The position numbers and the translations under genes were made by a program. Shown here piece by piece: positions 48,058 through 58,196 of a stretch of DNA of 64,000 nucleotides. Below the pieces are notes generated by a model that ran no database searches, was not told where the DNA came from, and was given only the letters and a program-made list of their open reading frames with translations. The stretch is from assembly GCA_000146465.1 (NCBI GenBank), contig CP001949.1; one strand, 5' to 3'. How positions within the stretch are numbered: the first letter of the stretch is position 1; every line of letters starts with the position of its first letter.

Positions 48058-48591
48058 CTACTCAAAAAACCCATCCATCTTCTTAACAAGCTTCATTGTG
48101 ATCCGGGGCCCTATTTCATTGAACCCAACCTTTATGTCTTCCTCCTCTTTTGTGAGAATGGCATAATGCCTTATGTGAATAAGATCTCCATCGAAGTAGA
48201 AGTGCAGGCTTCTCTTGAATGCTTCGGGCTGGGACGACAGAGATAGAAACAAGCCTTTGAGGTCGCTTTCTCCTGTGAACGTAATGCAAGGATCGCTCTT
48301 GTAATACTCTTCTTCCACCCTAACGTATTTCGGGTTGTAGTCGACTACGTTGAATACATATGTAGGACCCTTTGGCCGGACTCCGATCTTGATGTCTCTT
48401 GCATCCACCAGAATGAAGTGAGATAGCTCCAATGCATCGGCAACATCTAGATAAGACTTCACTGTTGTGTTTCTGTCTCTAAGTTTGGCAGTGACATTAG
48501 GCTCCAGCATCCTACGTATGTGCATGCAGATTTGTTTCGACCTCTTTGTGGGCTTCTTCACAGTTATCACCAACTTGTTCAGGAACCCCAT
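48058..48591 (-). CDS. Brix-domain ribosome-biogenesis protein (Imp4/Rpf/Brx1 family, short form)
   Basis: KGPTYVF...LF..L...P...R..HFYFDGDLIHIRHY...EIGPRITMKLVK pattern; the ATG is preceded by GACCCCTC. Confidence 0.55.
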   Translation of the reverse strand: MGFLNKLVITVKKPTKRSKQICMHIRRMLEPNVTAKLRDRNTTVKSYLDVADALELSHFILVDARDIKIGVRPKGPTYVFNVVDYNPKYVRVEEEYYKSDPCITFTGESDLKGLFLSLSSQPEAFKRSLHFYFDGDLIHIRHYAILTKEEEDIKVGFNEIGPRITMKLVKKMDGFFE

Positions 48592-48633
48592 GAGGGGTCT
48601 CCAAACCCCGCCTTTGTTTCGTTTGCAATGGAG

Positions 48634-49578
48634 TTAGATATTTGGAATTGTGGAAACATCCATCATATCGTCCCCACTCCTGTGTTCAAGATTTAAGAAA
48701 CCCGACGCAACATGCTTCTTTATGCCTTCCATCTTCTGGATAGACTCACAGATGCCGTTCCCCGGGGTAACCAGGAACTTAATCGAGTAGTAGCATAGCC
48801 CCACGAAGAAGGCCGTTTCTGCAAGCGAGTTGGTAGGAATTCCCAAGCCATATTCTACAGGAAAAAACATCCTTGCCATTCTAAATGCTCCGGAAGCCAT
48901 GTCCGCACACAAATATGCCATAATGCCAACAATCTTGGGGCTGACCCTTCCAAGAACCTCTTCGATCTCAAACTTGGTGATGATCTGTGTGTATGAGAGG
49001 ACATCATGCATCTTCCATATTTTTTGAAGCAATGCAAAGTACAGTAAAAGCAGCAGGGAATTCTCTGCTATGTTTAGAACTTCTACCAAATAACCTCCAA
49101 GATCATATCCATTGGAAACGTGGAAGATAAACGGATACAAAAAACTTCCAAAGAGTGAATAGTACCTTACAAATGCAATTGAAACCTTTTCGTCGACACC
49201 CAGCACCCGGAATCTCCTCGATGACACCAGAGGAATGACAAGGGCAGTTGCATAAAACATAAAGCTTTTTTGAATGTTTCTGGTACACAGCTCAAGCATC
49301 TTCAAGGAATGGCTGTCCATGCGGATCACCTTGAGAAAGTTGGGAGGACTTCCCTCGAGGTAGTTCTGTGTGCAAAGGAAGTAATAAATGCTTGTAAGCA
49401 CAAGAACCAGAAGAAGGAACATGAGTCCCTTTGCTCTTGTGGACTGGATTTCCTCTATGTACTTTGTGCCAGAGACCTCCGGACTGCTATTCGCTCTCAA
49501 CACAATGAGATTTACGGCAGTGGCTCCAAGAACAAGCACTGCTGCAAAAAGCAGAAGTGGTGCGATGGCAGAGTCCAT
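48634..49578 (-). CDS. Multi-pass membrane protein, unknown family (314 aa)
   Basis: ATG ORF with about 6-7 hydrophobic segments. Confidence 0.4.
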   Translation of the reverse strand: MDSAIAPLLLFAAVLVLGATAVNLIVLRANSSPEVSGTKYIEEIQSTRAKGLMFLLLVLVLTSIYYFLCTQNYLEGSPPNFLKVIRMDSHSLKMLELCTRNIQKSFMFYATALVIPLVSSRRFRVLGVDEKVSIAFVRYYSLFGSFLYPFIFHVSNGYDLGGYLVEVLNIAENSLLLLLYFALLQKIWKMHDVLSYTQIITKFEIEEVLGRVSPKIVGIMAYLCADMASGAFRMARMFFPVEYGLGIPTNSLAETAFFVGLCYYSIKFLVTPGNGICESIQKMEGIKKHVASGFLNLEHRSGDDMMDVSTIPNI

Positions 49579-49749
49579 TTTTGTTTATCTTGGAGAAAGG
49601 GAATTGTGGTAACTGTAAATGGCTCAAACAGATTTTGAAACAGATCAAGGGAGACAAGTACAAAGAGAAGAATAATCAAAACACTTAATTAACATTCTTC
49701 TGGCAACTCGAAAGTGTATTCAAATTATTTTTCTTCTAGTGCCCTGGAA

Positions 49750-50640
49750 ATGGTTATCCAGCTAATTTATCTAGGCGTGTCATACATGATGTTGAAGATA
49801 CTCCCGACCATATACCAGTACATATACTCGAAGTGTAGAAACCATCAAGTGTGGGAAGGATTGAAGAAGAAGTATGTTCTCATCAATGGAGCAACAGGAA
49901 AGGTTGGAATGGGGCTGGCCAGGAAGTTTGCAGAAAAAGGAATGAAGATTCTCCTTGTTGGAAGAAGCGAGTCCCGGCTCACAAGACTCCATGCAAAGAT
50001 AGGGAGGATGACCGAGTGCCACATGCACATTGTGGACTACAAAAGAAACCCCAACCTGTCGTTCATAGAAAGATATGACATAGGAATTCTGATCAACTGT
50101 GTAAGTGCAATAGAGGACAGCCCAGCATACTTTGTGGAGCAAACTGTAGAAGACATCATGAATGCTAACCTTGTTGGGGTGATGTCTCTGACAAGACATG
50201 TGCTTGTCAACATGATGGACAGCGGATATGGGTATGTCATCAACATCGGATCTTTGATGGCAGAAGCATCGACACCTCTGTATTCTGCATTTGGATGCTC
50301 GAAACAGGCCCTAAAGACTTTGTCGGACTCTCTCTATTATGAGTTGTCTGGATATAACATAAACATAGAGTATATGGGAGTTGGGAATGTATCGTGCGAG
50401 GACTATGGAGAGAAGTCTTCGTTCCTGAGGCCGTCCTCGGACACACTTGCATCATCGATCCTGGGCACATTTGGGTCGGCAAAGATGTCTATACCGTACT
50501 TTCCCCATTTTATTATGTATCTTCTAATGCTTTGCATTCCCTCTCCGCTTCTGAGCAGACTAGTCCTCCATAAAAATAGACAGGAAATGCTTGAGATGAG
50601 AAACAATGAGTCCAGCTTTGAAGAACGGAAAGTGAAATGA
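49750..50640 (+). CDS. Short-chain dehydrogenase/reductase, probably a membrane 3-ketoacyl-CoA reductase (Ifa38/KAR-like)
   Basis: Hydrophobic N-terminal anchor, Rossmann GATGKVGMG, catalytic Y...K region; the track start at 49714 is a GTG; the ATG at 49750 is preceded by GTGCCCTGGAA. Confidence 0.6.
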   Translation: MVIQLIYLGVSYMMLKILPTIYQYIYSKCRNHQVWEGLKKKYVLINGATGKVGMGLARKFAEKGMKILLVGRSESRLTRLHAKIGRMTECHMHIVDYKRNPNLSFIERYDIGILINCVSAIEDSPAYFVEQTVEDIMNANLVGVMSLTRHVLVNMMDSGYGYVINIGSLMAEASTPLYSAFGCSKQALKTLSDSLYYELSGYNINIEYMGVGNVSCEDYGEKSSFLRPSSDTLASSILGTFGSAKMSIPYFPHFIMYLLMLCIPSPLLSRLVLHKNRQEMLEMRNNESSFEERKVK

Positions 50641-50713
50641 TTTCCTGTCCTGATACTCAAGACAAGTAAGATACAAAGCTTTAGACCACGTCAAGAATAA
50701 AACTGGTTTATTG

Positions 50714-51154
50714 TCAGTTGATAGACGATGCTTGGGATGATATCTTAGGCCACATGTCGGCAACTTCTCTGGGGACTGGGCCAGCTATCTGGGCTCCTCT
50801 CAACTCTCCCTTGTTGTTGATGAGGACTGCAGCATTGTCCTCAAACATAATGTGAGATCCATCTGTGCGCCTCCAGATCTTCTTCTGCCTTATAAGAATG
50901 GCATAATGCACCTTTTTTCGGAGCTCAGGCTTTCCCTTTTTAACGGACACGACACATATATCCCCAGGCGCTGCTGCAGGAAGCCTGTTGAGCCTTCCTC
51001 TGTACCTCTTTACTCCAATGCATCGGAGGATCTTTGCTCCACTATTGTCGGCACATTTCATGAGAGTCTCCACCTGAACACCCCTTGTTATCTTGTTGCG
51101 GGGCTTTATTGAGATCTTCTTCTCAAGAACTTCTGTCTTCTTCTCGGCAGCCAT
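50714..51154 (-). CDS. RPL23: Ribosomal protein uL14 (RPL23)
   Basis: CADNSGAK...[11 protein letters not shown].....[16 protein letters not shown]...RR.DG....FEDNA.V. Confidence 0.9.
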   Translation of the reverse strand: MAAEKKTEVLEKKISIKPRNKITRGVQVETLMKCADNSGAKILRCIGVKRYRGRLNRLPAAAPGDICVVSVKKGKPELRKKVHYAILIRQKKIWRRTDGSHIMFEDNAAVLINNKGELRGAQIAGPVPREVADMWPKISSQASSIN

Positions 51155-51211
51155 ATTTCCGGGGCTTCTGTCGAAATTTTTTTCTAGAGAGATGTTCGCC
51201 CTAGAACTTCA

Positions 51212-51442
51212 TTAGAGGCTGTATCCCTCATAGGCTTCATTGGCCCTGTAAAGATCCTTTGTGGTAGCAGTTGGCCTTGATATTCCCGATTTCATCTCCT
51301 CCTTTCTTCCAAGGAGCTGCCATATTCTTTGCCTTAGCTCTTTAATCTCCTCTTTTCCAAGGTCCTCAGTAAGCATCTTATCTATGGCAAGGAGTTTTAG
51401 CCTTATCTTCGTTTTGATCTCAAGGTCTTTGGAAGTGTCCAT
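51212..51442 (-). CDS. Small helical hypothetical protein (76 aa)
   Basis: The ATG is preceded by TCCATCCCACTATACAGA; no family assigned. Confidence 0.3.
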   Translation of the reverse strand: MDTSKDLEIKTKIRLKLLAIDKMLTEDLGKEEIKELRQRIWQLLGRKEEMKSGISRPTATTKDLYRANEAYEGYSL

Positions 51443-51536
51443 TCTGTATAGTGGGATGGAACCCAGATGGATTTACCCTGTTTTAAAGTCTCTTTGATAG
51501 ACTTCTTGGATAACAATTATATGCAGACCCCATCAG

Positions 51537-51911
51537 ATGAAGCCGTTTCTTCTAGGCCTCCTCAAGTGCAAAAGATGTTCGTTTACATCAAGACTAGTTC
51601 CTCGATGCGAAAAGGTGAAGAGAAGCAGCATAGATGGAAATGCAAAGATTTTCAACAAGCATACGTTTACAGAGAATGGAGGAGAGAGACTCAAACTTCT
51701 TGTTGAAAGTCTACAGGGCTTTTTTGGCAATTTACTTTCGGAGCAGGAGATCGGATCCTTTGTCGAGGATCCAGACGACGATGAAAGGATAAAGGAGCTT
51801 TTGTTTGGAGTCGATGTTGTAGAGGGAAGCCTGACGTGTGATGAATGCGGCCTTATATACCCGATTAGGGATTCCATTGTGGAGACAGTCGATACTCTTG
51901 AATCTAAATAA
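51537..51911 (+). CDS. TRM112: Trm112 methyltransferase activator
   Basis: MK..LL.LL.C..C N-terminus and a C-terminal zinc-ribbon LLFGVDVVEGSLTCDECGLIYPIRDSI (compare LLEVEVIEGTLQCPESGRMFPI); the ATG is preceded by GACCCCATCAG. Confidence 0.7.
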   Translation: MKPFLLGLLKCKRCSFTSRLVPRCEKVKRSSIDGNAKIFNKHTFTENGGERLKLLVESLQGFFGNLLSEQEIGSFVEDPDDDERIKELLFGVDVVEGSLTCDECGLIYPIRDSIVETVDTLESK

Positions 51912-51974
51912 AATGTTTTTCATGATTGGTGAGTTGATCGTTTCTAGAGAAATCTCTCTCCATTAGCCCTTGGA

Positions 51975-54770
51975 ATGTCGGACATAGAGGCCTTTGTGGC
52001 TTTTTACGAGCATCTGAAGTCTCAAGGAAAGGGAGATTCCGAGCTCCGGAGCGAGGAGCTGGAGAGGGCCATGAGGGAGATGCTGAGGAGAGCAAAGATA
52101 ACGGACTTTAAGGAGTATGCACGAAGTTACAAGTACAAGAGGAGGGAGCTGAGTGGTTTTCAGGAAGTACTGGTGTGGGGAAAGAGGAATTCCATATGGA
52201 ATGGAATGGGAGACATGTTTAGAAGCAGTATGGAGCTTCTCGGGCATTCTGGACAGGTTGATAGAATATGCTTTGACCAAGGAAATAGATTCTTTATGTC
52301 TGGAGGCTCTGATGGAATGATCAAGCTCTGGGACATTTACTCAGGGCTTTTGGTATACAGCTTCATAGGCCACCGAAACCTTGTGAGCGACCTTTGTGTT
52401 AGTAGTGATGGGAAAGTCCTTGTTTCGTGTGATTCCCACGGATTACTGAGCATCTGGTCCTTGGAGAGGTTTGAAATGCTCCTCCAGCTTGAACTGGAAT
52501 GCGAGATTGTCTTTACCGAATTTTTTGACACAGACGACCTATCTACCTATAATCTGATTGTTGTTTTGTCGAAGGGTGTTATCAAGACATACAGGTTTGA
52601 TGAGAGAAGGATAGTGTCTGAGTCTGAAAACCTTTGTCTTCTTGACGAGTCCATCAAGGGCCTGTGCTTTACAGATGGGGGAAGGTTTCTTCTGTGTAGT
52701 GGATGGTGGCCATTTCTTGTTGTCTTCGACACCCAGAACTCCGATGGATGCATAGTTCTTGAGACAAATGGAATGCCGGTGAATACCATATGCGGATCGA
52801 AGAAGGGTCTTAAGATAGCAGCAGCGTGCGACTCTCAAATATTCCAATGGACATTCTTTGCAGAGGGAAATCCTGGAATGGGAAACTTCAAAAGGAGAAC
52901 AAAGGACACGTCGTTAGAGGGACACTGGAAAAGATCTATCACCAAGATTGACATTGGGGAGAACGAGTCGATCGAGAGGATATGCTATCTCCGGGACAAT
53001 TTTCTCGTTTGCATATGCACTGATTTGAAGATAAGGATATTTGCGGGATCTGAGCTTAGATGCATAATAGACATACCGGAAATGGGGATTGCATATCCAC
53101 ATCCTCTGGAGAACATATTTGCCCTCTGCGGTAGTAGCCTTCGAATATATAGCATGGACAAGCTGATCTACGAGGAGATGCTGAGCTTTGCAGCCAATGA
53201 TGGCCAGTTTTCGAATGATGGAGAGTTCTTTGTGTTTGGAGACGAAAGAGGAGTGGTAAGGGTACTTTCGATGAGTTTCCTACCAAAGCCACCGAAGGAG
53301 CAGTTTTTTGAATCCGACCTTGACCACCTTAACTCTACTGAGTGGAATGGAGTTGTTGAGTGCAGGAGAGAATCCACTTATGAGTCGGATAGAAAGAGGA
53401 ACGAAGATTGGTTCCAAGTGGAATATGCCATTACAAAGAAGTCCAACGACTGTGTAAAGGTTGAGGATCTGGGATCAAAGCACTTTGTGAAAGACTTTGT
53501 AGGTCTTGAAGCATTCCGAAAAAAGTACATGAACATTCCCTTGCCTGGGGAGACACAGTCTGTGGAGCAGACAATGATATCTGAGTATAGCAGCAGCATC
53601 CTAGAGGGAGACACATCCAGTGGGTTTTACGAGGAATCTACAGACATGACAGGAGATGAAGAAATATTGTTTGAAGACAAAGGGGCACCTGTAAGAAGAT
53701 CCCTTGTTATCAGTGATGAGTCCTCGGAGATGGTGCCTGTTTTGAGAAGAAACACCCGGGTCTCGGAGGATGTTGAGAACGATTTAAGTCCAACAGGAAT
53801 TGTAAGAAGGTTAAGGAGATTCAATAGAGACCAGGCTGTGGAGGATGAAGAAAACGGAATCCGCATTCTGTCGCTAGAGGGAGGGGACGGTATGGACAGG
53901 AGGGGTGCTGAGCATTGTGCAGGACCTCGTAGTAGTATTAACGACAGCGAAAGAAGTGAACTAGCAGAAAACAGTGATGACCGATATGTGATTGGATTGT
54001 CTGGAGGGATAGGGCATGGAGAGCAGGAGCTAAGGCAGTATGTTCAATCGTGGCTGTCGTCTCCAAGTATGGTACCTCAGCCGGGAGATGTTGTTTACCT
54101 AAACTCCGAAGGCCTGAGAGAATTTCAAATGTTTGATGGGAGAAAGAAGTTTAAGGGGCAAGAAATATGCTCTGGATACTACGAAGTGAGAAGTCTTGAG
54201 GCAGTCAGGTACAGCCCACCATTTCTTAAGGTGGGGCTGGGCCTTAGAGACGAGAGCTTTTCGATAAGATACTACAGGTATCCTGGATCATCTCCTGTGC
54301 TCTTGTTAAGAGAACAGATGAATGCTGGGGCAGGGGATTTTATAAGTTTTGTGTCAAATGGGATAATATCTCGAGGAAGGGTGTCTGGAGTTCGAGGAAT
54401 CCATCTTGTAGTTGATTCTGGAGGGACTTCTGTCCTGGTTGAGAGGCTGGACATGTTAATTCCAAGGGCATTATTTCCTGGGGATATGAAGACCGAGATG
54501 TTAAAAGTACTCAGGCAAAGGAGAATGCACAGAGGACTTTACGTAACCCTGAGAAGAGAGTCAAATCCGTCTTACTACGAGAATGCAACTTCTACTGTCA
54601 ACCTAGGGATTATTGAAGAAAAGATCCTCCACGACTTATATCGGACAATAGGTGGACTGGAGTTTGATCTTGACATGGCAGTTAGTAACTCATTATATTT
54701 GGGGCCAGTTCTTCATGAGCATTGTCAGCAGGCTGTGGAAGGGGTCCGAACGATTATAAGAAGGATTTGA
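51975..54770 (+). CDS. Large WD40-repeat protein (931 aa), family unresolved
   Basis: N-terminal WD40 blades (GHSGQV...SGGSDGMIKLWD...); long C-terminal region without a recognised domain; the ATG is preceded by TTAGCCCTTGGA. Confidence 0.5.
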   Translation: MSDIEAFVAFYEHLKSQGKGDSELRSEELERAMREMLRRAKITDFKEYARSYKYKRRELSGFQEVLVWGKRNSIWNGMGDMFRSSMELLGHSGQVDRICFDQGNRFFMSGGSDGMIKLWDIYSGLLVYSFIGHRNLVSDLCVSSDGKVLVSCDSHGLLSIWSLERFEMLLQLELECEIVFTEFFDTDDLSTYNLIVVLSKGVIKTYRFDERRIVSESENLCLLDESIKGLCFTDGGRFLLCSGWWPFLVVFDTQNSDGCIVLETNGMPVNTICGSKKGLKIAAACDSQIFQWTFFAEGNPGMGNFKRRTKDTSLEGHWKRSITKIDIGENESIERICYLRDNFLVCICTDLKIRIFAGSELRCIIDIPEMGIAYPHPLENIFALCGSSLRIYSMDKLIYEEMLSFAANDGQFSNDGEFFVFGDERGVVRVLSMSFLPKPPKEQFFESDLDHLNSTEWNGVVECRRESTYESDRKRNEDWFQVEYAITKKSNDCVKVEDLGSKHFVKDFVGLEAFRKKYMNIPLPGETQSVEQTMISEYSSSILEGDTSSGFYEESTDMTGDEEILFEDKGAPVRRSLVISDESSEMVPVLRRNTRVSEDVENDLSPTGIVRRLRRFNRDQAVEDEENGIRILSLEGGDGMDRRGAEHCAGPRSSINDSERSELAENSDDRYVIGLSGGIGHGEQELRQYVQSWLSSPSMVPQPGDVVYLNSEGLREFQMFDGRKKFKGQEICSGYYEVRSLEAVRYSPPFLKVGLGLRDESFSIRYYRYPGSSPVLLLREQMNAGAGDFISFVSNGIISRGRVSGVRGIHLVVDSGGTSVLVERLDMLIPRALFPGDMKTEMLKVLRQRRMHRGLYVTLRRESNPSYYENATSTVNLGIIEEKILHDLYRTIGGLEFDLDMAVSNSLYLGPVLHEHCQQAVEGVRTIIRRI

Positions 54771-54808
54771 GGGTTGCGGACATGTAATCAAGGGCTGGGG
54801 TTACCCTG

Positions 54809-55525
54809 ATGTACTACGACGTGAATATTAGTCTGGATTATCCAAAGCAAGATATCGAGGAGCTGGAGAAAAGTGAATACGAAGGGTTTTGTGTGAATAA
54901 GACTATGAGGCCCAAGGACCTCGAAAGACTTTCCCATGGATCTCTTGAGTTTCCTGGGGCAAAGCGTTACTACAACCGTGCGGAGATTGTATTTGGAGAG
55001 GGAGAGCAGATTGGATACGACTTTAGAAAAGCAATGAGATATGATCTGTTTGTTGTGAAGCTGAGCGGGACAGAGGGAATGGATAAGATAATAAAACATC
55101 AGCCAGATATGATTACATTTGACTATGGTGGAAAAGTCCTTCCATTTAAGCCCGGACTTGTCAAGACGGCAATCAGGGAAGGCATATTCTTTGAGATACC
55201 GATGAGAGAGGGCTTGAGAGGAGGGTCTTTAACCATCATGTGGATCCGGAATGTACGGAGACTGCTGTTTATTACAAATGGGAAGAACATTGTAGTTAGC
55301 AGTGGGGCCCAATGCTCCATGGAGATTAAGAAAGTCAGAGATGTTGTTAAGATGCTTGAGATGTTTGGACTTGGGGAGAAAAGAGCACTGGAAGTGATGC
55401 TCAACTCGGAGAGGCTTTTAAAGAGGTGTGCAATGAAAAGGCATTGCTACAGAGACTCGATTGTGCACAGTGTGGATGAAGGGGCCCTAAAAAGGGACTT
55501 TGTACTGTCTCTGTACAAAAATTGA
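54809..55525 (+). CDS. RNase P/MRP protein subunit Rpp30 (Rpp1, PHP/TIM-barrel)
   Basis: Aligns with Rpp30 end to end: MYYDVNISL (MAVFADLDL), GF.VN, MITFDY, GIFFEI, GKNIVVSSGAQ..MEI....DVVKMLEMFGL.EKRALEVM (GKNVIISSAAERPLEIRGPYDVANLGLLFGLSESDAKAAV); the ATG is preceded by TTACCCTG. Confidence 0.7.
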   Translation: MYYDVNISLDYPKQDIEELEKSEYEGFCVNKTMRPKDLERLSHGSLEFPGAKRYYNRAEIVFGEGEQIGYDFRKAMRYDLFVVKLSGTEGMDKIIKHQPDMITFDYGGKVLPFKPGLVKTAIREGIFFEIPMREGLRGGSLTIMWIRNVRRLLFITNGKNIVVSSGAQCSMEIKKVRDVVKMLEMFGLGEKRALEVMLNSERLLKRCAMKRHCYRDSIVHSVDEGALKRDFVLSLYKN

Positions 55526-55589
55526 TTTTTTACAAAATAAAGTCTACGACTAATAAGACTTGTATTTTTGATTACCTTTCCAAGGCTCG

Positions 55590-56243
55590 ATGTTCTTTGA
55601 TGTAAATGTAAGTAACAGATGCCCAAGAGGGGATCTGGATGTTTTAAAGGAGCTTGGATGGGATGGAATCTGCATAAACACTGTTGTTGGCTTGGACAAC
55701 CTGGAAGGATGGAGCAGTCCCCTTCTTGATGTGTGGAAGGACGAGAAGGCCTATGAGAGGATAGAGGTAAGATACAAGGATAATGAGAAGTGGAGTGAAG
55801 TTAGAAAGATGGTGAATCCTGATGTGCTTTCGGTGAGAATAGAAGGGGTTGAAGACTTTAAGAAAGCTCTCGAGGTTTCTCCAGACGTGATTACATTTGA
55901 TTATTCCAGGAGCTTCTGTCTCGGAAAGGACGAAGTTTTTGAAGCTGTGAAGAGAAATATATTTCTTGAGATTCCATTGGTGTGTGGGATGTATGGCCAG
56001 AGAAACAAAGTTGTATGGATGAGAAATGCCAGAAAACTTGTGGAGATCACGGGGGGAGTGAATGTTGTGGTTGGGAGCGGGGCGTCATGTTGTACAGAGA
56101 TGAGAAGTTCCCATGACATTATAAAGATATTGGGAGGACTTGGAACGAGTGGAGACTGTGGAAGGAAGATACTGCAGAACTCTGGGAGGCTGATCAGGTC
56201 CTGCAGAATAAGAAAAGGATGTGTTATGAAGGAAGAGATATGA
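55590..56243 (+). CDS. Divergent Rpp30-like paralogue, tandem to 54809..55525
   Basis: Shares MFFDVNVS, VITFDY, NIFLEIP, GVNVVVGSGASC.TEMRS..DIIKILGGLG with its neighbour. Confidence 0.55.
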   Translation: MFFDVNVSNRCPRGDLDVLKELGWDGICINTVVGLDNLEGWSSPLLDVWKDEKAYERIEVRYKDNEKWSEVRKMVNPDVLSVRIEGVEDFKKALEVSPDVITFDYSRSFCLGKDEVFEAVKRNIFLEIPLVCGMYGQRNKVVWMRNARKLVEITGGVNVVVGSGASCCTEMRSSHDIIKILGGLGTSGDCGRKILQNSGRLIRSCRIRKGCVMKEEI

Positions 56244-56327
56244 TTGGTTCCTTGAAGATGAGATTCTGAAACATCTCTAGTTCTGTGACTACTGAGATAA
56301 ATAGAATTCTGAATCCAAACCAAAGGC

Positions 56328-57674
56328 ATGGGAGCAAGAAAAAACAGGATGAGAGGACGAGGTAGAATTCAAGGGGCTGGGAGAAGTATTGTTATTGAGA
56401 GAAGTGAGGTTAAGAAGGAAGAGAAGGCGGAAGGGAAGTTCAATGTCGATTTCCAGGAGCTTAACGAAGAACTATCTGGCATCGAATTAAAAGAGGAGAA
56501 TTCAAAGTGCTCTGATGTTGATGAGATGGTGTGTGAGAGAGTCTGCAAAGACGACAAAGTTGAGGAAGTACCTGAGGTATCCGAGATTAATAGGGAAAAT
56601 ACAGTGGATGAAGAGGTGGAGGCTGAGAAGAAGGAAGAGAATATCGAAAACAGAAAGGAAGAAGGAGAAGATGCTGTAAAAGCATCGCAAGCCCTCTATC
56701 CAGCAACACCCAGTGTATTGACCACTGTTATACCTCAGACACCAATGAGGAGGGTACTTCATGAGGAAGGAAGCCATCTTTTTGTTAAGGAGGAAAGTAT
56801 GGCTCTTCCTGGGAAGGTGATTATCAATAGGTATCCGGGACATTTGTTTATTCATATAGACCAGGTCGAGAGGTTCATGACATCCAGGAAGGAGGTGGAG
56901 AGTGTATCTATTAAGATTGAATCGAAGGGGATCTTCTATGAGACAAAGAAATATCCAGTGCAGCCGGACATAGGAATCAACGAGATGCTGCAAGTCCCCA
57001 TCAACAAGGCCGAGAGCAATGGAACACCTCTGAGATTTATACTTCTCCTGTACCACAGGTCTGGAAATATAGTAAAGTCGTGTGAAACTGTGCTTGTGGT
57101 TGACGGAAGTAGAATCCGCTCAATACATAACAATCTTCTCGAAAGTAGATTGGCATGGGACAACTATGTGTCGAGGAATCTATTTAAAAGCATTCGAAGC
57201 TTTTTTACAAGTGGAGCACCTGATGCATGGAGCCTGAAGATTTACTTGTCGTTTGTGTCGGACGATGAGCTTAGGTTGATTCCTGCGCCTCTTCCTCAGG
57301 ACCTTAAGTCCCTCAGCAAGTGGCTGGTGGTGAAGAAGTTTTCTTATAACATATGGTTTAGAGGATTTGTGAATGTCCGGGGAGATGTTGAAAAGGCATG
57401 TACCAACCTATGGAAGAGAAGATATGTTCGATGCTATGGATACATGATCTTTATATTTAACGAGCATTCGAGAAGCCTTGTTGGGACAATAAACCTCGTG
57501 GATGCAAGCTTTGATCCAAGCACGAGTAACAAGGTATATTTAGAGAACTTTCTTCGGATTAATGTTGGGGAGAAGGTGGTTGAGTTGCATTTTGACACAA
57601 AGGACAAATATAATACATGTAGGAGCGCACTTACCATGATGCTTCCACGAACACTGTTTCACAAGAAGGGGTGA
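56328..57674 (+). CDS. Protein with an acidic N-terminal half and a C-terminal PH-like domain
   Basis: C-terminal block LVVKKFSYNIWFRGFVNVRG...WKRRYVRCYGYMIFIFNE...INLVDASF...LHFDTKDKYNTCRSALTMM fits the PH-domain pattern. Confidence 0.4.
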   Translation: MGARKNRMRGRGRIQGAGRSIVIERSEVKKEEKAEGKFNVDFQELNEELSGIELKEENSKCSDVDEMVCERVCKDDKVEEVPEVSEINRENTVDEEVEAEKKEENIENRKEEGEDAVKASQALYPATPSVLTTVIPQTPMRRVLHEEGSHLFVKEESMALPGKVIINRYPGHLFIHIDQVERFMTSRKEVESVSIKIESKGIFYETKKYPVQPDIGINEMLQVPINKAESNGTPLRFILLLYHRSGNIVKSCETVLVVDGSRIRSIHNNLLESRLAWDNYVSRNLFKSIRSFFTSGAPDAWSLKIYLSFVSDDELRLIPAPLPQDLKSLSKWLVVKKFSYNIWFRGFVNVRGDVEKACTNLWKRRYVRCYGYMIFIFNEHSRSLVGTINLVDASFDPSTSNKVYLENFLRINVGEKVVELHFDTKDKYNTCRSALTMMLPRTLFHKKG

Positions 57675-57806
57675 TCTGGCAGACGATGTGTTTCCTGAAA
57701 CCTATCTTATTAAAGAATTGAATACGGCCTTTCTCTATGTTCTGATGGAGGGAAGTTTTCCCGCCAAGCCTAAGGATTTCAAGAAAATCCAGGATCCTGG
57801 GAGTTT

Positions 57807-58112
57807 ATGCGGCCTGTTTTGAACGAGACAACGAATGCTACCAAAAGACTGGAGACAAAGAGTAAGGAAGGGGAAAGTGACAAGGGAAGGGTGCTCCACT
57901 TCCTGAAGGGTGTCTACGCAACGACCAGGGACTATTCGTTGAAGTATGACCTGAAGAAATGTATGGAGATAATTGAAGGGAAAGAGAACCAAGAGGTCAT
58001 CGACCTTAAGAATGCGTTGTCTGAAGCTCTTATAGAGAACGAGACGCTGTTTGCAGAGAAATGCGAGCTTGCAGTTACTCTGGAATGTATGAAAGCAGAA
58101 AGAAAGGAGTGA
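57807..58112 (+). CDS. Small hypothetical protein (101 aa)
   Basis: ATG ORF; upstream CAGGATCCTGGGAG. Confidence 0.3.
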   Translation: MRPVLNETTNATKRLETKSKEGESDKGRVLHFLKGVYATTRDYSLKYDLKKCMEIIEGKENQEVIDLKNALSEALIENETLFAEKCELAVTLECMKAERKE

Positions 58113-58196
58113 TCACTGGACTCTGATATACATTAAAGGACTTATTTACTATTTGGTATTGAGAGATGGATTTTTGGCGGGACACCCCTCGGCTGA

